A stretch of 56,315 bases of DNA from Octopus bimaculoides (taxonomy: Eukaryota): NCBI RefSeq assembly GCF_001194135.2, contig NC_068994.1, positions 29,985,807-30,042,121 on the forward strand. The letters are read 5' to 3'. The notes beneath the pieces were generated by a model. The model saw only the letters and a list, made by a program, of their open reading frames with translations. It made no database searches and was not told where the DNA came from. A program made the translations under genes and the position numbers. Positions 22,483 to 34,815 of the stretch are shown piece by piece (positions within the stretch are counted from its first letter, which is position 1; every line of letters begins with the position of its first letter).

Positions 22483-25400
22483 ATGTGTCTGTAAATAAGT
22501 GTGTATGTGTTATTCTATCAAAATACTGAATTATTTATATTGTTATATGGAAATAATTTACGCGGGGGATATTATTGCGGTTCACCGTTTACAGGTACTT
22601 TCAGTGTTGTTTATTCTTCGATCAAGACAAAAACTGTTTTCAAAAAAATTCATTTCCAAAGTATTGCAGCGAACCATAGACCAATCTGTCATATGAGAAC
22701 TCGCTGTTGCCGTTTGTTGGTCTATGATCAGTTGAGCAAGGAAACTGAACATACTTGCTGACAGATAATAGGGTTTGTTTGGTTAGCGTGTGAACATATC
22801 TAGCTGTATGCGGCTTATGTGTATGTGTATATAATGCGCGTATGTGCGGCTGATATTTATATAAGTGTACATTCGATTAATGTGTAGTTATACTGTATGT
22901 ATATATACGACTAACGCTTATACAGTGCGTGTATGTATGTAAGGCTGATGCATTTGTTGGATGTTTATAAAAACGAGTGATGTGTATGTACGCGTGAATA
23001 TTATGTATATGCGACTGATGTGTACGTTGTGCATATGAACGTGTGTACGCAGCTGAGTTGCACACTATAACTGAGGTATGAATGCTTACAGTGTATATGA
23101 ATATGAGTATGTTTAATCTATGTTTGGTGCGATTTTATATAAGTACAGTTTGTATGTTATGTAGCTATGTGTATGGATATATATTGTTTATGCAGTATAT
23201 TATTATATATGGCATATGCGTTTAGTGCACGTCTGCGCGCTGTGGATGCAGTTTCATTGATTGGGGCGTATGTGTGTAGTGTGGTGTGTGTGTGGGAGAT
23301 GTTTGTGTTACGAGCTTGCCACTGAATAAAACTGAATAGAGCTCAAGATGTGTGCGGCTGTGTTGGGAGTTGGTCGTGTGTGTGCGCGTGTATATAGTCG
23401 TGGAAGATCGTATCTGCGTGTACCTGCACATTTGAGAGAGCTGTGTAAACAATATAGCATATGCACGCTCCGGTGTGTTTGTGTGTGTGTGTAGTTCAGG
23501 AAACTAATGTTTATATATCTGCATAGTTGATAGAATGTGTGTGAATGTGTTTATCTGCTTTTTGAGTACAGAAAATGTGAATGCAAATGTATTTTGTGTA
23601 TGTGAGTGTCTCTTAAACAGCTTATACGTTGTGTATGTGAATGCGACAAGCGTTAATATTAGTTGTTTTATGTGTATGGATGCATGGAGCTGTATGAACA
23701 CGTTTTTTTTTGTTTTTTTTTTTTACATTAAGATCTGCTTCGGATAACCAATGTATTGTATGTTTGAATGTTAGCGTGTGTGAAGGTTTAAAAGATTTTA
23801 AATGGTATCTATATGTGTGCGTTTTGTAAAATGATGCTTGGAGTAAACAATGTAGTTAGTATGCGTGCGCATATGCACGCACTCGAGTGTATGTGTATGT
23901 ATGTCTGTGTGACATGAGTTATATGATGTGCTTCGGGTAAACAATGTAAATGTGTGTGAACGTGAGATTTGTTATATGTGCTTTAAACTATGTATCTGTC
24001 TGAATGTGAGCGCGCGCGCGTGTGAAAGAGAGCTAGCATGAGTTTTGTTTACGAGATATGATTTGAGGAAAACATTGGCTGTGTTTGTATGCGTGTGAAC
24101 GTGAGTCGTTGCAATTTGATACAGATAAATAATGTATTTGAGGAGGGGGTTCGTTATTTTGCCCTAAGCCCTTATTGAACAAAACCTATGATCAAAAACA
24201 TTACAGTCATAACCATCTCATCTTTTTTTTTTCAATTATAGTGCATCTATTATCTTATTATCATACATTCGTTTTTTTTAAGACGCTGATTTGGCTGTTG
24301 TTTCTAGCAGGTCAAATGACCACGTAGTGTTTCCCTCCTTGACTCAGGTAAGCAATGGTGTTTCTGTGTGTATATGGGCGTGCATATATCTATACTGTAT
24401 GTAGGTGCTTTGAGTTTTGTGTGCGGTTTTTTTATTTAACAGAGAATATGTGAATGAAAAGCCGTTAAATATGTGAATGCAGACTCTGATAGAAAAGAAG
24501 TGAAGAGTAGTTATTTTTTAGTCTCAAGATGTCATCGAGCAGGTTGTAACGGAGGACATTCTGGTTGTGACCATCCCAGCAGTTTCTCTAGTACTTTCAT
24601 TAGCAAATCCCTTATTCTTAAATGCTGTGAAGATAGTGCAAACGATTGGCAAGGGGAACCAGATATTTTTCAACTTGCTGTGTTCAAAAAACAAAGTTGA
24701 CTGGGGCCAATTGTTTTACACCCACCTGCTGCTTATCTATCGTTTTGGGTTTGGGCGGAGTATGACCCATTACAGGGTCTTCAAGACAGGTGAGAGGGAG
24801 AGAGGAAATGATCCTCAAACCGGAAACCTAATCCGAATGCTTACAAAGGAGTGCACTCCGCTAAAGTGCGCCGGGTGATGGTGTGAAACCGGACAAGTAA
24901 TGTCTACCACTCAATTAAGGCAAGGCGAAATTTGAACTCAGAGCGCATAGATATCCACTCGACGTTCTCAGTTTCGCCAATCGATTACCTTGGGATGACA
25001 CTTTTTTTTATCAACGCCCGAAAGGATGGAAGACAAAATTGACCTCGACGGGATTTGACCTCAGAGTACAGTGCATTTTACGAGTTAAGGTTGCTGGACC
25101 GACAACCAACACTCTTCTGAGGAAAGGCATCCCTTCTTTACACGAGCATCGGGTCGAAAGTTGAGTGTTGAAAGTTAAGTTCTTCATTCCTTGAGTTATT
25201 CTTCTATAAGAATGTAATGTGTGGAGACCTCCGGCGTTCTTGGCCCCCGTACCATATTCCTGTTTACCTCAATCGGGCGGAGATGGCTGTCCGCAAGTGA
25301 GAGCCCTGTGAGTCTGAGTGGCTGTTCCACCGCCTCTCTCTCTCTCTCTCGCCATCCTTCAAGGCAATGCCTTTTCCATTTTGTTAGGGCCTTGAGGCGA

Positions 25401-25838
25401 TCTGACTTACAGGAAATTGTACATCCCACTCCTTAATGTAACGTATTGATTTTACCATTTTACGCGATGCAAATCCCCTACTGATTCTTGTTAGGTCTTT
25501 TCTTTGTCTTACATCTTTTTACTATCCTATGCATCTTCAGGATTTTGTAGTCAATAAAAGAAAAACTAGGATGCATTATAAGAAAAATTCGTTACTCTTT
25601 AGAGTACCTCTTCGGTTCAGTTTTTTTTTTTAATTTCTTGGAGTAATTGAATAGGCATGAAATCAAAGATAAGTACTGGAAGAAAATGGGTAAGTTGTTC
25701 GTGAATTTTAATAAAATTGAACGACATATGCTTATACCAAATCAAGGACCGAATCGATTATATCGTAACAAAATGGATCGGTTGAGTTTCGGATTAGAAT
25801 TTCCATACATCATGGAAAAGGTTGTGAAAGCGGGAATA

Positions 25839-26336
25839 CTCTTTTTACTTTTTTACTTGTTTCAGTCATTTGACTGTGGCCATGCTGGAGCACCGGNNNN
25901 NNNNNNNNNNNNNNNNNNNNNNNNNNNNNNNNNNNNNNNNNNNNNNNNNNNNNNNNNNNNNNNNNNNNNNNNNNNNNNNNNNNNNNNNNNNNNNNNNNNN
26001 NNNNNNNNNNNNNNNNNNNNNNNNNNNNNNNNNNNNNNNNNNNNNNNNNNNNNNNNNNNNNNNNNNNNNNNNNNNNNNNNNNNNNNNNNNNNNNNNNNNN
26101 NNNNNNNNNNNNNNNNNNNNNNNNNNNNNNNNNNNNNNNNNNNNNNNNNNNNNNNNNNNNNNNNNNNNNNNNNNNNNNGTGTCTACATATATACGACGGG
26201 CTTCTTTCAGTTTTCGTCTACCAAATCCACTCACAAGGCTTTGGTCGACTCGAGGCTAAAGTAGAAAACACTTGCCCAAGATGTCACGCAGTGGGACTGA
26301 ACCCAGAACTATGTGGTTCGTAAGCAAGCTACTTTA
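25839..26336 (-). mobile_element. SINE family A, young, middle lost in N-gap 25897-26178
   Basis: 3' tail lies left of the gap and the head right of it; CpGs retained. Confidence 0.85.
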
Positions 26337-27526
26337 TTTCATAAATATTTGCCATAAAGGCAAAAGGGGGACGAACAAGGACAGACAAACATAAAAGGGG
26401 GTGAAGTAGCTGTATCGATTAAATATACCACAGCCACTCCTACGCCTATAAGGAAATTAAATTTTTGGAACAATTTTTCCTTTTTTTTTTTTTTTGAGAA
26501 CCGTATATTCCGTTGTATGAAACAAAAGAAAACAAGTAAAAAATTTCTATCCTTTTCCTACAAGGTGTGGGACGTTTTCTTTCTAAAATGGGTAGGATGT
26601 AATTTAAGGGATATTTCGCTGCTATTTCTAACAGGAGGATCAAGTGCATTCGAGGCTCCCACATTGGTATGTTTTTAAAAGTCACTGTGTGAATGTGTGA
26701 GGGTGGGGACTACTGAATTATAAGACGTAAACAAAGATTTGCGCAAGGAAACGATAACGCTTGTTAAGGTATTTACAAAGATGTTTGGGAGGAACCGAGC
26801 AGGAAGTCAGAGAGAGGGAGAAACGGGAAGCAGAAGGCCAGAGAGCAAGAGAAAGAGAGGGAAGAGACAGACAGACAGAGAAAGCGCTGACTGTTAACAG
26901 GTGAATCCATAGATACAATGTGAAACTCCAGAGTTACAAATACAATAAGACGAGAGTAATTGATACATGTTCTCCATTTCTTTTATTTAGCAGAAACGAA
27001 GCATGAGATGATTGATAGGTGTAAAGTTTTGATGTTGTAAACATTAACTAATCTTTAACATTGTTAAAATGGACTTAAATCCCCCCTCTCTCTCTCTCTC
27101 TCGTTTCCTGAACGGTCAGGCGTCGCAATATACTCTGAGTTGCGACGAAGTGAATCAACTACTTCTAAATGACTAATATATTATCGAGCACACGCACACA
27201 TGCATGCATACACATTTATTGGAGAGATTGCGCGTGCGTTATGTGGCTCAAGCAGGCTACAAAATATGTGAAATAAATGGTCCGTGTAAAATAACATCAA
27301 TACAGACCCCGTATTCCTGGCTAATGAATGCCTCATACATTTAGCCAGAACACGCAACGCATACACACACAGACACTTTTTTTAAAGCCTGGCAACAAAA
27401 TCACCAGTGAACTATCTGAATATTTCATGTAGTAAATTATTGCAATTAACTATAAACATATGCAAATATTTACTCGTACTTTTCTATTGTAAACGTTTGT
27501 GCGCGCGTGTATATATATATATATAT

Positions 27527-27799
27527 ACTCTTTTACTCCTTTACTTGTTTCAGTCATTTGATTGCGGCCATGCTGGAGCACCGCCTTTAGTCGAATCAAA
27601 TCGACCCCAGGACTTATTCTTTGGAAGCCTAGTACTTATTCTATCAGTCTCTTTTGCCGAACCGCTAAGTTACGGGGACGTAAACACACCAGCATCGGTT
27701 GTCAAGCGATGTTGGGGGGACAAACACACACATACATATATATATATATACATATATACGACGGGCTTCTTTCAGTTTCCGTCTACCAAATCCACTCAC
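27527..27799 (-). mobile_element. SINE family A, young; head runs into N-gap 27800-28114
   Basis: About 95% identical by eye to the reverse complement of 28466-28737. Confidence 0.9.
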
Positions 27800-28187
27800 N
27801 NNNNNNNNNNNNNNNNNNNNNNNNNNNNNNNNNNNNNNNNNNNNNNNNNNNNNNNNNNNNNNNNNNNNNNNNNNNNNNNNNNNNNNNNNNNNNNNNNNNN
27901 NNNNNNNNNNNNNNNNNNNNNNNNNNNNNNNNNNNNNNNNNNNNNNNNNNNNNNNNNNNNNNNNNNNNNNNNNNNNNNNNNNNNNNNNNNNNNNNNNNNN
28001 NNNNNNNNNNNNNNNNNNNNNNNNNNNNNNNNNNNNNNNNNNNNNNNNNNNNNNNNNNNNNNNNNNNNNNNNNNNNNNNNNNNNNNNNNNNNNNNNNNNN
28101 NNNNNNNNNNNNNNATAATAATAATAATAATACAAATGATATGTGAGCATATGCATATATACATACATATATGTACATACCTACATC

Positions 28188-28218
<31 letters not shown>

Positions 28219-28373
28219 ATGCGTGTGCGTGTACATGCATATATTGATACTTACAGGAAAAGAGTACATGTTTATCAAACTTTTTCGGGGAAACCGCTGG
28301 CAGTGACTTCGAAGTTTTTGTTAGCTTACCTTCGTTAGACTCTCTCTCTCTCTCTCTGTATACATATATATGT

Positions 28374-28737
28374 GCTTACCAACCACATGGTTCTGGGTTC
28401 AGTTCCACTGCGTGGCACCTTGGGCAAGTGTCTTCTACTATAGCCTCGGGTCAACCAAAGCCTTGTGAGTGAATTTGGTAGACGGAAACTGAAAGAAGCC
28501 CGTCGTATATATGTATGTATATATATACGTGTGTGTGTGTTTGTCCCCCCAACTTCGCTTGACAACCGATGCTGGTATGTTTACGTCCCCGTAACATTAG
28601 CGGTTCGGCAAAAAGAGACCGATAGAATAAGTACTAGGCTTACAAAGAATAAGTCCTGGGGTCGATTTGCTCGACTAAAGGCGGTGCCCCAGCATGGCCG
28701 CAGTCAAATGACTGAAACAAGTAAAAGAGTAAAAGAA
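28374..28737 (+). mobile_element. SINE family A, young reference copy (tRNA-like head, internal TA/TG microsatellite, 3' half ending gtaaaagagtaaaaga)
   Basis: B-box-like ggttcagttcc and many homologous copies in the window. Confidence 0.9.
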
Positions 28738-28778
<41 letters not shown>

Positions 28779-29203
28779 TATATGACATATATACACACAC
28801 ATATACAGGCACGCATACACATATACATACATATACATACACACACAGGAGGCTAGTTAGTAAATCATTAGAACATTGGATAGATTGCATTGTTGCAATC
28901 ATTACTGCTCAGCGTAGCCCGAGTTCAAATCCTGTCATGGTTAAATTTGCCTTTCATCCTTTCAGAATCAATAAAAAATGTATAGATAAATAAAATAACA
29001 CATACAACTCACTTATTATTGTCATATCAGAAACAAATGCAAGTTCATGTATGATATTGATCTTTCTTCCACTTCAGTTATTACATGGTTTTCTCTTACA
29101 GGAGAAGCAAATTATACATATAATACTTTAAATGTGACTCTCGATAGATAGTAAAAATAATTACCTGATCAACAACGGGTTTTACTGCTAGTATATATAT
29201 GTA

Positions 29204-29600
29204 GGTGCAGGTGTGATTGTGTGGGAAGAAGCTTGCTTCCCAACTACATGGTTCCAGGTTCAGCCCCACTGCATGGCACCTTGGGCAAGTGTCTTCTACT
29301 ACACCTCAGGCTGACCAAAGCCTCGTGAGTGGATTTGGTAGGTGGAAACTGACAGAAGCCTGTCATATATATCTATACATATATATATGTGTGCGTATTT
29401 GTCCCTCAGTGCTGCTTGACAACTGGTGTTGGTGTGTTTATATCCCCATAACTTAATGGTTCGGGAAGACAGACTGATAGAATAAGTATTAGGCGTAACA
29501 AAAAATAAGTATCTAAGTTGATTCATTCAGTTAAAAGTTCATTATGGCAATGCCCCAGCATGGCCACAGTCGAATGACTAAAACAAGTAAAAGATAAAAG
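29204..29600 (+). mobile_element. SINE family A, full-length, CpG-decayed
   Basis: Begins ggtgcaggtgtgattgtgtgggaagaagcttgc and aligns over the full length. Confidence 0.85.
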
Positions 29601-29924
29601 ACATATATATATCATAACATGCCATCTAACAGAAATTGATAGCACATTTCTTTTGGGCACAGGAATGGCTGAGTGGTTAATAAGAAGCTCACTTTGCAAC
29701 CCTTGTTTTCTAATATAAATGGGCCAACCAACAGTGCTATCTTTAGGCATGGGTACTCATGGGCATCACAGGTCCAGGGGCCAATTCTGATCTGTGTATG
29801 CTGTGGCTTGCACTCAATAAATAAATACTATATGGCCTAGTGCACTGATTTTCCCAGGGGCCTATAATGCTGCTAAGACAGCCCAACTGACCGATGTTGT
29901 ATATATATATATATATATATAGAC

Positions 29925-29957
<33 letters not shown>
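29925..29957. repeat. (GATA)n microsatellite
   Basis: Direct reading. Confidence 0.9.
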
Positions 29958-29960
<3 letters not shown>

Positions 29961-30037
29961 TACACAAATGCACATATATATATAAATATACATATGTATA
30001 TATACACACACACATATATATAAATATACATATATAC

Positions 30038-30088
<51 letters not shown>

Positions 30089-30306
30089 NNNNNNNNNNNN
30101 NNNNNNNNNNNNNNNNNNNNNNNNNNNNNNNNNNNNNNNNNNNNNNNNNNNNNNNNNNNNNNNNNNNNNNNNNNNNNNNNNNNNNNNNNNNNNNNNNNNN
30201 NNNNNNNNNNNNNNNNNNNNNNNNNNNNNNNNNNNNNNNNNNNNNNNNNNNNNNNNNNNNNNNNNNNNNNNNNNNNNNNNNNNNNNNAGAGTATATATGT
30301 GTAGAG

Positions 30307-30680
30307 TGGAGGCGCAATGGCCCAGTGGTTCGGGCAGCGGACTCGTGGTCATAGGATCGCGGTTTCGATTCCCAGACCGGGCGTTGTGAGTGTTTATTGA
30401 GCGAAAACACCTAAAGCTCCACGAGGCTCCGGCAGGGGATGGTGGCTAACCCTGCTGTACTCTTCCACCACAACTTTCTCTCGCTCTTACTTCCTGTTTC
30501 TGTTGTGCCTGTAATTCAAAGGACCAGCCTTGTCACGCTGAATATCCCCGAGAACTACATTAAGGGTACACGTGTCTGTGGAACGCTCAGCCACTTGCAC
30601 GTTAATTTCACGAGCAGGCTGTTCCGTTGATCGGATCAACTGGAACCCTCGACGTCGTTAGCGACGGAGTGCCAACAGCA
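30307..30680 (+). mobile_element. tRNA-derived SINE family D, young
   Basis: ggaggcgcaa-TGGCCCAGTGG (A-box)...GGTTTCGATTCC (B-box), then a non-tRNA body ending gccaacagcaaa. Confidence 0.8.
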
Positions 30681-30699
30681 AATATATGTGTAGTGTGCC

Positions 30700-31333
30700 C
30701 TTATGATTTTCGTTTCCACACAAGATGACTGAACACATCAAGCGGAGACCATAAACTCAATAACGATGGTCTTCATGAAGTCTGGGTCATGGTTTGCACA
30801 GTCCAGCATGTCCTGAGTGATTTCCATGCAGAGTTGCTTCTGGTGCTCCATCAGCATCTTGGGGACAAATTTTGCCAACATTCTCTGCATGCACAAATCC
30901 TCCATTAGAATAGAATATACTGAACCTGTGCTTATTCCTATTTTGTGATCAATTTCCTGGATTGTTATACAGCAGTCTTCCATGATTATTCACTGAACCT
31001 TCTCCAGCTCATTTCAGCTTGTGGATGGTCTGCCTGAGCATGCCTTACTCTCTACTGAGGTGTGGCTATGTTTGAAGCAGTTGTACCACTCCTCAATCTG
31101 AATTTTGCCCTCAGCATCATTGCCAAAAGCCTGTTGTATCCTCTGGATGGTTTAAGCTTGAGTATCACCAAGCTTTTGATAAAATTTGATGCAATATCTC
31201 TGCTTGATGCATTCAATGAAAACAAAAATCCAATGAATGTGCACTACACATCTATACTGTAGGTATAACAGCTGGGAACTGATGCAGCCTACCAGTGTGA
31301 AATTTAAGTCAGATACTTTTAGAACACATTTAT
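30700..31333 (-). mobile_element. Mariner transposon 5' half (irritans-like), decayed
   Basis: QRYCIKFYQKLGDTQA*TIQRIQQAFG...WY..FK...SGRPSTS...ITIQEI...GISTGSVYSILMEDLCMQRMLAKFVPK; TIR-like end at 31300-31333. Confidence 0.88.
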
Positions 31334-31373
31334 ATGTATGTATATATATATATATATATATATTTCTGCGTGT

Positions 31374-31538
31374 GTATCTTGACAACCAGTGTTTGTTATG
31401 TTTATATTCCCATAGCTTAGCAGTTCAGCAAAAGCAATCGATAGACTTGAAAATAGGTTAAAAAAACACTTCAAGGTGGTTCTCCAGTAAGGCCATAGTC
31501 CAAAGACTGTAACAAGTAAGATATAAAAGAATATAAGA
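31374..31538 (+). mobile_element. SINE family A, 3' half only
   Basis: cttgacaacc...ttagcagttcagcaaaag...tccag..ggcc..agtc.aaagactg.aacaagtaa. Confidence 0.7.
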
Positions 31539-31898
31539 GTGGCAAAGTTTATAAAAATATATTTCATGTGGTGTAAATCCTATCTCATACTAGTTATTGA
31601 TACAAACACTTTGCTAATAGCCAGATGGTAATATTTAAATTTAAATCATTTGTCTTTTACAATGTTAACTTTGATATAAAATATATTCAGTTTAAATGCA
31701 ATGAATGTTTAAAAGTATTTAAAAGTTTTGAACTTTACCTCTACTTTCATTGTCCGAAAATTGTTATAATTGGGTAAATTATTGAAATTAAGGTTTTCTT
31801 TCTCTGTGAAGGCTTAATATATAACCTTTTAATATTGTTTAGCTAAAAACGTTTTTTTTTTTAACTAATTTGTTTCATATTCTACAAATTTCAGTATA

Positions 31899-32383
31899 CA
31901 GGCTGTTTAGGTTAAATTTGACAGTTTGCATAAAAGGAAAAGAAAACAATACCCCATCCAAAAGTAAAAGTACTTTAAAAAAATCAAAGAATATCAACTA
32001 AATTATGGCTGAGAGATAACGGTTTACTTAAAGTAGTTACCCTCAGCTTCTACCATGGCCTCAAGACAGCTCTGAAACTTGGCACATGCGTTCCTCACTG
32101 TGTCCCTGGAAAGATCTTCAAACATCTCCTTGATCTTGACCACATGTTGGTGTTGCAAGTAGAACAGTTGGTGTCTTTCTCAACCAAGCACCATACATAG
32201 TAATCCATGAGATTACAACTGGGAGAAATAATGTCTTCCATGTTACTGAACTTTTTCTTAAACAAACTATTAATCTTTATACTTTTCAATACCGTTGACC
32301 GTTCACCAATAAATCAAACTGTTCCTGAAAAACAAAAAGTGGGGGAGACATACAAAATTGTCAAATTTACCGAAAACACCCTG
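31899..32383 (-). mobile_element. Internally deleted DD37D (maT) element, lineage 2
   Basis: TA-flanked TIRs caggctgtttaggttaaatttgaca / tgtcaaatttaccgaaaacaccctg; residual SPSCNLMDYYVWCLVEKDTN...CLEAMVEAEGNYF. Confidence 0.85.
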
Positions 32384-33229
32384 TATACATGCTTTTATTT
32401 AGATGACATCAGAAACAATGTTCCTAGTTAGGGTGGCCTTCATTGAGATGTATCTCTCTGGCTGATTTAAAGAATACTTGGCTGTTATTTCTAGCAGGTC
32501 AAGAAACCACATAAAAGCTCTACATTTGTGAATATGTGTGTGGATGTTAGTAGTATTTATTGCAGATGATGAATTCTAAAAGAGAATATGTTTTATATAA
32601 TAATTTTGTCCACATAACATGATATTTCAGTGAAATATCTTAACCAAAACTTCTTCCTACATAAACAAAATAATTGATAATAAATTTCAGTGAATTATTT
32701 TTATTCATGATAAGGAATGCTTTTATTTATTTATTTAATTTCGCAATTATTGTATATCAACAAATATTTAAGAGAGAAATAATATATTTATTTTATGAAG
32801 CATCAGAACTCAGAGTTTTACTGACAAAATGTTTTGTAAAACACTTATCCTATCTCACAGAGGAACTGTTTCATGTTGTAGAAAAAAGTACATTCAATAA
32901 ATCAAAAAAATGCTAAAAGCAGAATGAACTGTTTAATTGACTTCAGCAGATCCATTGGTATAATTTACCAATATCTTTCTTCTTTCACTTTCTCTATCCT
33001 TATCTTTTCATTTCCATTACACTGTCTACTGTAGTATTGGGGAATGAGATATTTACAAGCATTTATTTTCTTTTTGTGTTTGTGAGCCATGCGAAGACAA
33101 AATAAAATTTGAGCAAAAATATAGCAGGAATCATCGTTCTCCTAATATTGCAGCTGCAAATACAATGAATAAATGCTTTGCATGCAATGGACGGACTGAG
33201 AAATATGGCTCTTATAATGATATAGACAG

Positions 33230-34815
33230 ACTGGGACCAAAATACTGACTCATAACTTGAAATTAGAAAACAACAAATCCTACCAAATCAGTGCCAAGGG
33301 AACCTACGTTATTCTTGTATTTTGGACCCAAATACTGAAGCATGCACTGGATATCATCATCATATAGTAAACTATAAAACCCTCATTGTACCAATGAATC
33401 TTAAAACACCCACATAGACAACAAACTTTGCCAACTTTGTACTAATGAATCCTAACAAAATCTCTTAGCTAATACTCAAAAAGATAAACCATAACTCAAA
33501 AGTAGTAGAAAACAATTCCTGTGAAATCTGTAGCAATGAATCTTGCTATATTTTCTAAAGTATTAACTTGGAATTAGTAAACAAAAATACTGTAAACACT
33601 TTACTAAGCAACCCCCAATATTCTCTTATTTAATATCCAAATAACAAATTGTAACTTAGAATTTGCAAACAACACTGCTAGCTCTCTTCTTTAGATCCAA
33701 AATACTTGACTGTAATGCAGAATTAATAAACAACACACCCCACAAATACTGTACAAATGAATCTGGTTATATTCTTTCCTTTATGAATTGTAACTTAGAA
33801 TTACAACAAAAGGAACTCTGCTAATTTTGTCACAATGAAGCTTACCATATTCTCATATTTATGACTCAAATACTGAACCGTAACCAGGAATCAGTAAAGA
33901 ACTAAATCTGAAAACAGAAGAACCCTACCATATTCTCTACTTTTGGATTCAATTACTAAAACATGGAAATAGTAAATAAAAGCCCTGTCAAACCTTTGCC
34001 AATGAATCCTACCATATTCTTTTCTTTAACATCCAACTTGTAACTCAGAATTAGTAAACAAAAAACTTAGCTAACTCTGTCTCAATGAATCCTACCTTAC
34101 ACGTGAATTTAAGAGCCAAAAATTTAAACATAACTTGGTATTAGTAAACAATAAACACTGCCAAGTCTATACCAAAGAATTCTACTTTATTCTCTTATTT
34201 GCAACACAAATACTGAACTGTAACTTAGAATTAGTAAATAACAAACACAGAACTGGAACTCAGTTATAGTAGACAACAAACCCTGCCAAATCTATACCAT
34301 TGAGGCTTACCATATTCTCTTATTTAGAACTCAAATGCTCAACCATAACTTAAATTATAAAACAAGAAAACATGCCAACACTGTGCCAAGGAATCCCATC
34401 ATACACTTAAATTTCAGAGCCGAATAGCAAACCATGAACTGAAATTAGTAGAAAATATACCATCCAACTCTGTGCCCATGAATTGTAGCATATTCTCATA
34501 TTTAGGACTCTCTTACTTAGGATCCAAATACTGAACCAGGACTTGGAATGAGTAAACAAGCCCTGCCAAATCTGTGCCATTCTATATTCTCTTATTTAGC
34601 ATCCAAAGACTGATCTGTAACTTGCAATTAGTAAAGAAAACCTGTAAATACTGTACCAAATTCTCTTAACAACGACTTAAATACAGAACTGTAAATCAAA
34701 ATTAGAAGAAAAACAACCCAACAACTCCGAACCCTTGACTCTTATTATAGTCTGTTATTTCAGAACCAAATACCGATATTAAAAAATTATGATTGCCAAC
34801 TCTGTACAAATTCTT
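33230..34815. repeat. Old, diverged tandem array with a ~80-90 bp unit, roughly 18 units
   Basis: Recurrent aatgaatcctaccatattctcttattt / ccaaatactgaactgtaacttagaattagtaaac / ccctgccaaatctgtacc; measured unit starts 34001, 34084, 34174. Confidence 0.85.

Larger units (their letters stand above)
19520..27700. promoter_or_regulatory. CpG-retaining (probably unmethylated) regulatory zone upstream of ZNF-A
   Basis: CG dinucleotides are frequent here and scarce in 1-9.6 kb and 13.3-19.4 kb (judged by eye). Confidence 0.6.

Noticed and set aside
24290-24355. Strong plus-strand donor CAG|GTAAGC as an exon end
   Set aside because: It lies at the edge of a repeat family C copy, with no ORF or acceptor support.
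29732-29886. Possible hAT-like MITE with CAGGGCCGTCTT-type ends
   Set aside because: TIRs are too degenerate and there is no clean TSD, so it was not listed as a feature.
30307-30385. Functional tRNA gene
   Set aside because: A and B boxes are present, but there is no convincing acceptor stem or T-run terminator, and it continues into a 300-bp SINE body.
25647-30410. Long ORFs of 120-299 aa in the supplied track
   Set aside because: They are open only because they run through N-gaps and TA/CA microsatellites within SINEs.
33230-34815. Tandem array as a decayed zinc-finger gene (consensus reads open as KPCQICTNESYHILLFRIQILNCNLELVNN; period near 84 bp) or as a CRISPR array
   Set aside because: No conserved His pair, variable unit length with non-triplet indels and no ORF. 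The whole unit is homologous between copies, so there is no repeat/unique-spacer structure, and there are no cas genes in this eukaryotic context.
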